Positions 1-11,879 of a DNA stretch of 56,171 bases are shown here, piece by piece. The position numbers and the translations under genes were made by a program. Origin of the DNA: Nemertoderma westbladi (lineage: Eukaryota > Animalia > Xenacoelomorpha); NCBI GenBank assembly GCA_032718475.1, contig JAUCBJ010005223.1:1-56171 (forward strand). The letters run 5' to 3'. The notes below the pieces were generated by a model. The model was not told where the DNA came from. It did not search any database and was given only the letters and a program-made list of their open reading frames with translations. Each line of letters starts with the position of its first letter. Positions within the stretch are counted from its first letter, which is position 1.

Positions 1-601
1 TATTCCTTTATATTAATTATTTGTATTTATTGAAGGATCATTATTGTGAGCTAACCCTATTCCTTTATTAATTACTTATTGTGTATTTATTGAAGGATCA
101 TTATTGTGAGCTAACCCTATTCCTTTATATTAATTATTTGTATTTATTGAAGGATCATTATTGTTGAGCTAACCCTATTCCTTTATATTAATTATTTGTA
201 TTTATTGAAGGATCATTATTGTGAGCTTAACCCTATTCCTTTATATTAATTATTTGTATTTATTGAAGGATCATTATTGTGAGCTTAACCCTATTCCTTT
301 ATATTAATTATTTGTATTTATTGAAGGATCATTATTGTGAGCTAACCCTATTCCTTTATATTAATTATTTGTATTTATTGAAGGATCATTATTGTGAGCT
401 AACCCTATTCCTTTATATTAATTATTTGTATTTATTGAAGGATCATTATTGTGAGCTAACCCTATTCCTTTATATTAATTATTTGTATTTATTGAAGGAT
501 CATTATTGTGAGCTAACCCTATTCCTTTATATTAATTATTTGTATTTATTGAAGGATCATTATTGTGAGCTAACCCTATTCCTTTATATTAATTATTTGT
601 A
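1..601. repeat. 57-bp tandem minisatellite, ~10.5 copies, open at the window's left edge
   Basis: Unit TATTCCTTTATATTAATTATTTGTATTTATTGAAGGATCATTATTGTGAGCTAACCC repeated almost perfectly with a few small insertions; ORF 279-605 is its 19-aa translation. Confidence 0.97.
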
Positions 602-884
602 CTAATTATTCGGTTTAATTGATGCGATTTAATTGGATTGTGTTCCAAGTTATTTATATTTAGTCATAATAAAGAAATTATGTAAATATTAATAACATAT
701 TAATATACGAAAGCTATGGGGAGGGGGGGGGGGGGGTGTAAGTTAGTCTGTTTCATTGTAGGAAGTTACAAACTACAAGACACAGTTTACAATGAAATAT
801 AAACAAAAAAAGCATAACAACACATAATAATTTCTCCCACAGCTATGCTTAAACATTCGAACATATTTATTTTATTTAGTCCTT

Positions 885-1760
885 TCATATTATCCTAAAG
901 CCAATAAACATTGTATGGGTGGACGACTGGACGCGCACACTACACTGCAAGTGGATGAAAGAGTTATCGGTTGGCACTGCTGAGGTTCGAACAGAAGACG
1001 CCCGTCCCGGTTGCAACCTCGGAGAGGCCCTCCTAGGGAGATCGCCGAAACGTTTACTCGGTCTAGAGCGGATATAATTTCCGCGTTTATTATTGCCCAC
1101 TTCATTCTCAGGTTCGACATTACCGGAAGCCACTATCTCCGAAATCTTCTCAAGGTCGTTTATAGAAGCTATTGGGGTTGCATCCCGATCCTTTCCAATG
1201 CGGATGAAGACTTTTCCGTTGTAGGTGTAGGCCGCTGCTAGCTTAAGCTCGCGCTTAAGGCTCCTGGCGGCCCGGAACAAGTCGGCCCGACGAGGGAGTA
1301 AGGAACTCGGTCGGAAACACGGACTCCGGTAGTTCCTTCCGTTTCATGAAGACTTTAATTCTTTGCGCGTGGCCGATAAATCGGACCAAAACTGGACGTT
1401 GGCGCTCCCGCGTTGAAGCATGTATTTTCCCACCGACTCGATGGATCACATCAACTTCCCATGTAGATATCCCGATCTTCCCTAGCATAGCCATTACCTT
1501 CGCACGATCAGCGATAGGTTCCAGTTCTTCTTCAATTCCGTGGATCTTAATAATATGCCTGTTATAGTATTGATCACGGATTTCTATCTCGTTCCTGAGG
1601 ACCTCGACTTCACCTTTAACCACCTTCCGTCTTCCTCGAGAGACGTCGCCCTATCTTGGAGTCGGGAGTCGAATTCTGCCATCCTGTCTAGTTTCTCGTG
1701 GATTGAGGAGATATCTATAGTTAACTGTTCGAGCATATCCTCGACCTTGTTTCCACTCAT
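885..1760 (-). pseudogene. LINE ORF1 (coiled-coil + RRM + C-terminal domain; CR1/L2/Crack-group type), two frameshifts
   Basis: ORFs 1584-1793, 1255-1623 and 885-1280 join into coiled-coil (EVEVLRNEIEIRDQYYNRHIIKIHGIEE), IHRVG..RPVLVRF, EFLTP and YTYNGKVFIR motifs typical of this ORF1 class; locally GC-richer than background. Confidence 0.8.
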
Positions 1761-2389
1761 CTTATGGTCGGTGAGCGGCGAGCGGCGCGACAACCAGACA
1801 ACTGTGAACTGGTGTTATACTGGAAGCCCCGCCCAGTGCAGTTATCAAACCGATTTATAAAACTACTTTTAGTCAGTCAGTATATTATAGCTGAGCTGTA
1901 ATCTGTAAACTAATTCTGTAGTCTGAAACTCAGCCCATGATCAGCCTAACATCCTGGTACCGGTACTTCCAATGGTCCATGTTATCCATCCATCCATGTT
2001 ATCCACTACGCTAGTTTGGGACGAGATGAAAGTGTTTAAAATTAACTTGTCATGTTTTCTTTCTTTCATGTTTCAAGTTTGTTCTAGAAAGTGTAAGTGC
2101 ATAATTACAAATAATTCCCTGCAAATAAATAAAATCCGATTCGCCATTGAACATAATTAGCACTTTAAGGGGGCTTTAAATTATTAATTAAAGTGCTTTA
2201 AATTATATTTTAAAGACAATCAACACCCCCATACCGGGGTAAATATATTTATCGGATTCCATCTTATTGCACTGGTGATAAACGCAACTATTAAACAATG
2301 ATATTGAAATACGATAGGCTACTCTATAAAACATATTTCATAATATTTATAATAATTTACATATGTACAGTATTACTTTGGTTCAGTGT

Positions 2390-2960
2390 GTGAATAAAAC
2401 AATTTATTATTATTAAATTAAATATAAACAACTCGTTGATAAAAATAATTCTAAAATATCGTGCAAAACGGATACATATATAAAACTCATGCAGCCAACG
2501 AATTTAGGCTAGGACAGGCAGGACATCGAAGGGCGTGATATCTGCTTTCACAGTTCCCACCACAGAAACTACAGATACAGTCTTCTTTTGGGGAGTGGAA
2601 TGAGTTCATAGTGCAGCAGATCAGATGGTGAAACCCGTGAGATGTTGCCCTACAGACAGCATGACGATTTCGTTGTCCAGGTCGTTTCCAGTTGAAGTTT
2701 TGAAAGGCAGGTCCCTCTAGGTAGCCCTCCCTTATAAAATTATTCATCCGTTCAGCTCTATAGTTCCTATATTTTAGCACAGTAGTCTCGTTAAAAATAT
2801 TTGGGTTCCTATCTAAAATATATTCTATCAAAGTTGGTTCACCAAGTAAGTTATGCACAAATGTTGACGATGAAGATATGTGTAGACCTAGCATACGTTT
2901 AATAAAAGTAGATTTCGTTTTATCGATTTCTTTAAGGTTTGACAATTTAAAATGCAAAGG
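2390..2960 (-). mobile_element. 3' fragment of a non-LTR retrotransposon ORF2 with Cys/His-rich C-terminus
   Basis: ORF 2487-2957 (EIDKTKSTFIKR..SSSTFVH..CICSFCGGNCESRYHALRCPAC) aligns by eye with the post-RT region at 18700-19047. Confidence 0.7.
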
Positions 2961-3229
2961 CTCTTACAGGGATGGTCATCAAGTGCTCAAAATGTCATCA
3001 CTTGTGCAGAATGGCATCGAAAAACGACTCTGAATGACCATAATTTTGATAAATGATCATGATTTAGTAATAGAGATTTTATGCCATATTTTTGACAGAT
3101 TTTGCCATATTTTTTACAAAAAATTGATACATTTTGTTAAATACTTCTGTTACAACAAATAAAATTGAAAAATGGTCATAGGGGTGCTACTGAAATTTAC
3201 AACGAAGTAGTAGTTATAATAAAAGTAGT

Positions 3230-3715
3230 TCAAATCTGAACACCACAAAGAGGGATCACTTTTAGTTCTCGAGGTATCGTTGAATATTTGTCTGGCAATC
3301 TGTCTGTCAAAATGTAAGAAAGACAGACAGACAACCGACCGGACAGCGGTCCGACAATGGACAGACTAGATTCCGCCAAATATTAAAACTGACATCGGAA
3401 ATGAAATCAGCGATTCCGAAAACCCCCATAAATATAATTTTAGCTCGGTGGTGTGCTTCCTTCCTGTCAGACACTAGACTATCCAACCAGACCTCATAAA
3501 GGCAATTTTGCGCGGGAAGTTTTGAACTTGAAGGTAATTGAAATTTTTTAGCACGGAAAATACAACTCTTCCACCATTTCTTAACCTTTTTTTTGGTGAT
3601 TTTTGAATTCCATGAAAGGAAATTTAATAAGCTTTAATAAAACATAAAACACGTGGATTTTATCAATTTTTTTAAAATATTTTGATTTGATTTGGACTCC
3701 CAGCCGGCTAGTTCA
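3230..3715. repeat. Dispersed repeat with (GACA)n core, Helitron/Helentron-associated non-autonomous type (tentative)
   Basis: GACAGACAGAC tract plus CCAAATATTAAAACTGACATCGGAAATGAAATCAGCGATTCCGAAAACC, nearly identical to 46467-46516; TTCTCGAGgTATCG block also shared (3266 vs 46412). Confidence 0.5.
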
Positions 3716-3729
3716 GTTCCTAGACTCTC

Positions 3730-5310
3730 TGAGTTCTGTGAGAATACTCCTGACGAAGTAAGGACGCTAATCAATAACTCGAAACGAAATCGAGACATCG
3801 CGACCCATTACCAACTTTCCAGCTTAAACTATCGATATCAAGTCTTCTGGTAGTAATTACATTAATAATAAACCTATCTATATTGATGTGTACCGTTCCA
3901 CTCATGTTCAAGGAAGCTGTTTTAACACCGATATTAAAGAAAGCCCGGTTGAATCCCGAGATTCTAAAGAACTTTCGACAATAAGTAATCTATTGTTCAT
4001 TTCAAAACTAACTGAAAGGGTGGTAGCAAACCAATTAATTAAATATATGGACACGAATAATCTTCATGAGCCAATGCAGAGCGCTTACAAACAACACCAT
4101 GGCAGGAGACTCCCTTACTGGTTGTAAACGATGGATTATTGAGGAATATCGACAACGGGTCAGCATGGCTGCTGATTATGCTTGACCTCAGTGCCGCATT
4201 CGACACAGTGGAACACGGGAAACTACTTAACATACTAGAGCAGACATTGGGGTGTGCCAGAACGCAATAAGTTGGTTTAAATCGTATCTCGACGGACGCA
4301 CACAACAAACTCGTGTAGGATGTGCGTATTCCAGAACTCACAATCTGCATTTCGGTCTGCCTCAGGGCTCGGTGCTCGGGCCAATTCTATCCACGATCTA
4401 TACCACATCCCTGACGTCTGTGATTCGACGACATGGCTTGTCATACCTCCTATATGCGAATGACACACAATTGTATATTGTTTCCAGACGGAAAATGTAG
4501 ACCAAGCAGTAAATGTTACAGAAAATTTGCATGAGTAACATCGATAATTGGATGAGGACGTTTTTTCTAAAATTGAACACCGACAAAACGGAGGTAATGA
4601 TACTTCAATCTCGCTTTGGCACACAGATACCCCCACCAACGGTTAAGATAGGAAACGATGTCATTCACATGGAATATTGGCCTCGAGCTGGATTCCAATT
4701 TGACACTCATCAAACAAATCAAAACAACAGTTTGTGAGGGATTCTACCACCTAAAGAACATCTCCAGATTAAAACGGTACCTTGATAAACATAACATGAC
4801 ATAACATAGACCTTGATACACGCCCTGGTTACCAGGAAGTTAGATTCGAACAATTCACTCTACTAAGGACTGCCAACAAAATCTATTGAATAACTACAAT
4901 ATGTGCACAATTCGGCAGCTCGGCTACTATTAAACGTCGCATCGACTATAAGATAGCGATGTTAACATATAAGTGTCTGAACAGATGCGCCCCAGCCTAC
5001 CTGACTGAATTGTTAATCCCGTATACACCGGCTCGCGAGCTACGCTCAAGTACTGCTGGTCTACTCGTAGTCCCTAAATTTCGAACAGTCAATCATGGGA
5101 AACGCGCATTCTCAGTATCCGCTCCTACTACATTGAACGCACTCCCCCATCACATTCGTGAATCCGAATCGCTATTCTGTTTCAAAAAGTAATTCAAAAC
5201 TCACTATATATCTGGAATACAATACCCAGAAATCAGAAACTTTGTTTTTTAAATATGATTTTAGAATTTTTACTGTTGTTTTATTTAAGTACGATCTAGA
5301 ATTTTACTGT
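3730..5310 (+). mobile_element. 5'-truncated L2-clade LINE, degenerate reverse transcriptase
   Basis: Frameshifted motifs ISNLLFISKLTERVV, QSAYKQHH, LDLSAAFDTVEH, WFKSYL, GLPQGSVLGP, YANDTQLY, LKLNTDKTE, APAYLTELL, GKRAFSVSAP in correct order. Confidence 0.92.
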
Positions 5311-7036
5311 TTTTACTGTTCTGTGGTCCGAACCAATTTTCCATTTAGTCCAAGAGTAAGCAGCAATTTCTGTTCGAACTGATGTTACACAGAGTAATGT
5401 TAACATTATACTCATAACCTTTTATTAATACCCTGTGAACTACATTATCTATAAACAAACGGTTTCAAGTTTTGAAATCCCCCAAACATCTACTCTAGGT
5501 GGGATTGAAAATAAACAGTCAACTTTGATCAATAAGTCACCCCATTTGACCGCCGGCTATTGTGCACAACCATTTGTACTTTTACTCAATAATTGCCTAC
5601 TTTCTTGTTACGTCATTATATAGGGAAGGGGGCGGGGTGGTGGGGGGGGGGGGGGGGGGGTGTGGTTGCGTAGTATTATATATTTATATTTAATCCGGAC
5701 AGACATATGTCCATGTCCACTCCACAGTAAAATAACAAATAATTATAACAAAGCACACTAGAGATAAAAGTGATATAATTAATTATCGGTACTCAATTAT
5801 TATTTAGATATTAAGTGCAAAATATTAAAATAGTGTGTGGTGTGATATGGTTTATAAGCTAACAAAATGTTTATTCTCATTTTTTGAAATGATTTTCGAA
5901 AAAACAAATACCATGTTTGTTTTAACTTTATAAGCCCAAAAAAAACAATGCCCCATTTATTTATCCTCTCCCCAAAATAAGGCCAATTTAGAATTGTTAG
6001 TAAACATTGGGTAATAACTCACTTATTAATAGTATATTATCCGGTTGTTTTGTTGTTTTACACAAGGAGCCTGCTCCGAGGGTAAAACAATCGGGAATTG
6101 ATACCGCAAATTAAACGCCAATCCCAAATCATGAACGCAAATTTATATGTTGTCTCAATGTTAAAATGCGACTAAGGAAAAGGAGCAGCTTATTATAGTG
6201 GCACGTTATTCTAAAAACCACACTAAATAAAAGGTCATTATAGCTGTTATACTGATGTTCGATATCCGATATATATTTATGTTAAAAATCAGTTGGTAAG
6301 AAATGAATCCGGGTTTGTATAAAGTTGATGAATATCATCATACTGCTGATACACAGAGAGCGTTAATTGCAGAAAAAATTGCTATCTACACAACAATCGT
6401 GCGCAATCAGAGTTAGTTGAATGGCCCTCATGAGACTACTACTGTACAGTGAGTGCATTGCAGTCATTTCGTTTTTGGAATCCTAGCATTGGGAATCAGC
6501 TACCAGTAACACATTATACCACAAATACAACCACAAGCCATTTATTGAAACACGAGTGCTTCATGGAATGCCAAATTCATATTTTTTTATTATTCCAATA
6601 TAAACTTTAATGTTTGCTATGGAGCTGATTATTGATCTTTTCATTCGCGTTATTGATCCTTCTCAAGGGGCTTTTGGTCAAGGGATTCTATCAATTCAAT
6701 ATTCTTAGATTGGATAGTGAGATGAATTAGAGCATAGTTCGCCCTCCTCGCCTAGCTTTTTATATATTACTGGCACTATGTTGGGATGGAATTCATGACT
6801 CTTCGATTCCATAGTACTAGCAAACTCGGCTCTGTACCGCAGGGATTCAATGCGGATTAGTTTTTAAGATTTCGGATTTCGGTTCAGATTTAACGTTTTA
6901 TTTAAGAAAAAGAGCTAGTTATTTTTGCGAGCTCTTTTGACGTCTCAGCTGTGGCATGGAATTTTGTACACAGCTACTGCACTATCTATGTCTGTCTTTT
7001 TTTATTATGTTAGCAGAAATTATAATAAGATTGATA

Positions 7037-7637
7037 TAGTGGAGTGGCTTAGCAAAAAAATTGTGAGAAATGTGCCAATAGTACCTATGGGTATTTAATG
7101 CTTGAAATTCTAACAAATTTGCATTATATATTTTATAAGCCAAACACAAAATTTTGTAATGTTTTAGTTCAAAAACAACAATAGTTTATGATATAACGAG
7201 TCAATTTTTTGGGAAAAATTGTTTTTGAGGTAGACAAATCTGATGGGCTGGTTTAAATTATCTTGTTTAGTCGAGAATTTGTCTTAATTAATAAACTTTC
7301 TATATTGTACCAGCCAATGAAAATAAAACTTAATCAATTATTAGTCAAATATCCATTGTTCTGGAAACTAAAATGTAGTGCCTAGTTCAGTCAATCCATA
7401 GCCATTAATAACTAATGTTTGCTTTCACTAAATTTTTGGGAAAATATCACCACGAGTTACCTTGTTGCTATGTAAAATCCATTTGCTAAGGAAAGAAAAG
7501 TTTATTTGAAGTGTTACAATAGTGAGATTTTTCGAGCATGGATTTTTGTCATCTATATACCCAGAGGTACTTACAAAAATGTTTCGCACGTTTGTCACAC
7601 AACTTGTTAACCATTTTATGTCTAAGCCACTCCACTA
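7037..7637. mobile_element. ~600-bp MITE with perfect 16-bp terminal inverted repeats
   Basis: TAGTGGAGTGGCTTAG (7037-7052) and CTAAGCCACTCCACTA (7622-7637); ATA on both flanks (or TA if the outer TA is the TSD); non-coding interior. Confidence 0.75.
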
Positions 7638-8899
7638 ATATTATAATATATAATTCAACCCCACCTCCTCTCGGTGTGTGGTTATTTTCGTGGGACCACC
7701 TACCAAAATAGAGTATCGTAAGTATCGTAACATTGTGGAAATTACCTATCTGTGGAAGTGTGCGATATTAATGTTACGGTGGAGGAAAGGTATTAATTAA
7801 ACTGAAGAAACTGAGCACTGAGCAGTATCAACAGGTATGTTTATTACATAGTTAAACGGTTGTTCGCCCAGTCCGTAGGTGATGGGGTTGTCATTCAATT
7901 AAGTTTATTTGTTTGGGTGAAATTAATTTTTATCGAATTTGCTATGCATTTCCTATACTATATATATATTTACTACAATGTTTCTGTCGGTTATTCCTTA
8001 TTAATATTATAATTATGCTAGTGCAGGAAACCTTTATACTAGGCTTAATTTTATTTGACTTGTTTGTTTTTATCATAAGAACCTCACCGATTGAAATCAT
8101 CGATAAAATGCTTAATTCCGTCAAATAAATATTATGAAACTAGGAATTCTATGCAATAAAAATTCATACCTCTCCAGGGGGAAATTCGACGCAAATAACC
8201 ACTGATTACTATCAAAAAAATAACTGTAACCTGTTCTATTGTGTTTAGTATATTTTTTTGGTTAAAATAACGTGCCACTGTAACCTGCTTTTTTCTCTAA
8301 ATTGAGAATTTAACATTGAGGCGGGATATTAATTCGCCAAGATGGGATTTGCGTCCAGTTTTCCCACCTGTTTCTTAATAAGTGTAGCTTTAAATTTAAC
8401 CTGGATAAAGAAAACTTAAACGGAATGTTGGTTTATATATATTAGAAATCGTAATGGTTGAAAGCTTTCTTATTTATGGAATGGTGGAGGCTTCATATTC
8501 AAATCATATAAATATTGCATTGGCAATAATGTTAAATGTCATTCTGGGTGTGGCAGGATATCTTTATTGCATGCCATGTTTCATATATAAATTATAAAGC
8601 ATTCTGCAGTCGTAAAGTATGTGTGCTCAGTTTAAATATAAACATTTTTAACATAGAGACAGACCAGAGATTTGTTTTACTTAACTTATATTATTTGGGT
8701 CAATTGATTCATTTATCAATTTGTTATTTTATTAACACTATAAATTAGGGGGGTGGAGGGCTCACATTTTAAATAATTTTATAAACGGTTTTTTAAAATA
8801 TAATGTAAATTTTAGAACCCACGCTTATTACTGTTTTAGAAAATTAAATTCAACTAAATATGAATTCTCAATTAAATTGGGTTTCCTACAATATTCCTA

Positions 8900-9610
8900 A
8901 ATTTATTTAGTAAACTATTGGAAAGAGATGTGCCTAAGTTAGTAGTTAGGTTGTTATGTTATTGGTATAGGTCACAGTCTATAATTTTTTTTTTAAATGA
9001 TGTAAAAAACCCATCACCAGCTGATTTTAATTATCAAAAATGTAAATAAACGCCCACCACCTATACAGATATGTCAACAATCAGGTGCCTAGCTACTATT
9101 GTAAATATGAAATAATTTCACAGTCTATAATTGTTAAGTGGGGTAACTGCCGGTCTACTTTATTTACAGTAACAAACGGCACTAGACAAGGAAGTGTAAT
9201 TTCGCTCGTTTTCTAAAATGTATATATATATGGATAATCTTAGCGTAATTTTCAATGAATGACATTGTTGTTGGCTGTCACGTTAATGGTATTAGGGAAA
9301 ATCATATCTCATATGCTGACGATTTGTCGCTATTGGGGACTAGCCCGCTAGCCTTGCAGAAATTAATAGACATAGCTAGTGCCTATGCTAATGAACATAA
9401 TATTACGTTTAATATAAAGAAATCAAAATGTAGGTACTTAACTTTGCCAGGTTTGCTCATGAAATTAAATGCTTTTCCCATTGATTGTGTGGGTCGCACA
9501 AATTCTTAGGTCATTATTAAACATCAATATGGACGATAAAAAGGCCATACAAAATCAAATAAGTGGTATATATCGTAGGGATAATAGTATTATAAGGGAA
9601 TTTGGTAATT
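8900..9610 (+). mobile_element. Degenerate LINE reverse transcriptase fragment (RTE-X-like)
   Basis: LLERDVPKLVVRLLCYWY..VKWG..FTVTNGTRQGSVIS..NHISYADDLSLL..LQKLIDI..ITFNIKKSKC; interrupted at 8987-9117; a possible 3' tail (CAAT)n at ~10595-10608. Confidence 0.8.
8987..9117 (-). mobile_element. 131-bp retroposed insertion with 15-bp TSD
   Basis: TCACAGTCTATAATT at 8972-8986 and 9118-9132; T-run at the left end reads as a poly(A) tail on the minus strand. Confidence 0.8.
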
Positions 9611-11879
9611 TCCTTATGTGTGTATCAGTGTGTCGCATGCACAAGTCCGCACTTCAATATTGCAGTGAATCGCACCCAAAGTAATAAAAGAAAAATAAAT
9701 GATATTTTAATAATTATTGTAGATTTATGATTTTAAGATGAATTGTATCTCTTTTAAAAATTTATAATAAAATTAATTACGCACCCTATCTGCAAGCGTA
9801 TCGCATGCTCAAGTACGCACTTCAATATCGCGACACACGCCGTAAGCCGCAGAGAGAGGTGAGAGGTCAAACCACCTCAGAGGGACAAGCAAGCTAGTAA
9901 GGCTAGCACGAAGGGAAAGTGGCAACAGGGAGTGGCGAGGTGAGAATTAATCAGGTTAAGCCAATGGTGGGCGGGAAAGCACATTGGGGGGATTAGAGCG
10001 CATCTATTGGATATTAAGGCCACCCTGTTGTGTAGGGGTAATTTAACATGTGTCAATGATATAACCGTTGTGATTATTGATTATTAGTTTAGTTGGTTCC
10101 TTACAGTTGTGAGACCGGAACAGTTTTGACCGTCACCGTCGTCACTAACCGCTGTATTGCATGCTATTATATTCAGACTGTGCTATTATCGATTACTGTG
10201 ATTATTAATACTGATAACAAGAACACAGTAATTTTCAACAGCCTTCGGCCTAATATATATCCATATCGACAGCTCAGCAGCTCACGGACGCGGCGACGAG
10301 TACAACTCACATACCGGTCGGGAGCTGATACTGCCAACTCCGTTGGCTCCCGTAACAGTCAATTATATCACTTATTAAAATTTGTAAAAAAATATTGAAT
10401 TCCGCATTCTATACATCACGCATTCTATACGCATGTGGATCGTATGTGTCTTTTTGACTGGGTTACGGTCTAAATACAGGTCTTCAATCTGGGGTGGCAT
10501 GTATTTTGTGTTGTTCTGACTTAATTAAATGTGCTATTTTGTGTGTTTTTGTTTATTTATAGTAATTGTTTTTATGGGCATAGTCCCTGAATATACAATC
10601 AATCAATATGTTTTTTTGCTACCAGTAATGATGAGTATTGTACAAGCAAATAGGATGATGGGTGGGTGCGTTGATGAGGTAAAGGATATTACTGTAACAT
10701 AAGCTCGAGGATTCTAGATCCAGGGTCCTATCTATTTGATTTCGTGATATTAAGATTTTTTAAATTGGTAACAAATTTTATGTTAGTAAATTTACATTTA
10801 TTTAATGATATAGTATAAAGCGGTTAGTTTAAACGTAACCTCCAAGAGTTGTGAGGCATTAAAATTGAAACAGTTTGTTTGAAAATGAAATAATCTTACC
10901 AGTGAAATGCTGATGCTGAACGACTACCTTCCTAAAAATCAATCAATAATTAGAACTGTTATTACGTGTTACATGTTATTGTATAAGGTACTGCATAACA
11001 TTGGTAAACTTCGTCAAAAATATGATTATATTTATTCTTTAAAACCCTCTATAGATATCTGCAGAAATATTGAATAATTGCTGATGTGGATTGAACTTTG
11101 GTGACAATGCACACGGGTGGGACGATAAACGCTGGAGGCAATGATTTATTTGTTAAGGTGAGTGAGAAATCAGTTGCTGAATAATTAGTAGAGAATCAAT
11201 TTATGATTTGGTACGGCATAGAAAATTAAGTAATTTATATGTACATTTATTATATATATATATATACTACAGACATATATCTAGTACAACCACTACTGTC
11301 ATCAATCAATACGTCTGGAGAACAGCTTTGCACATATAAAAGAAAAAAATAAAAATTGTAGCAAAAAGTAATGTGGAACATTAGGTAAATAACATAGCCT
11401 AGCAAACGTAGTATATTTGTAACCATCTGTTGCAAATTATCAGATTTGTTACATTCATTTTAAATTTGAATTCTGAACTAAAAATATAAGACATTCATAC
11501 AGACTTGACTTTTGTAATTTCTCCTATTCATTCTATATAATAATTTTTTTATTGATCTCTGACAACAGATGGAACAGAGGCAATTTATGAATTATTTCAT
11601 CTAAGAGGTGAAGTAATAATTCATATTTCAGTGAGAATTCTAACTATTCAATTTGTATTGACAGCTGCATAATACTATACTCATCAACTAAAATAACGTA
11701 GTACTTTTGTTGTCGATATTGTCATTTGAATAATTCCTTTCCCAGATATTCACAGTTTACTTAATAAATTACATAATACACATTATTATTGTTGTATCTA
11801 GTTGTATGTATCACTTTATATTATTTCACCCTATTATATTCCTACCTTTCTGAACCCTTACTAAAACGGTTTATTGGTG

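Noticed and set aside
1-601. Telomeric repeat or CRISPR array
   Set aside because: Only one CTAACCCT per unit and no unique spacers; the 19-bp and 21-bp arrays also lack spacers, and there are no cas genes.
279-605. 108-aa ORF
   Set aside because: Translation of the 57-bp array; upstream units carry frameshifting insertions.
885-1760. ORF1-only (HAL1-like) element class, suggested by two ORF1s with no obvious ORF2
   Set aside because: This copy runs into a probable APE motif and the window edge, and the second copy has ORF2 relics at 44790-45300.
9615-10357. Solo LTR ending in CCGTAACA, with short direct repeats at ~9631 and ~9801
   Set aside because: No matching inverted 5' end or TSD could be identified.
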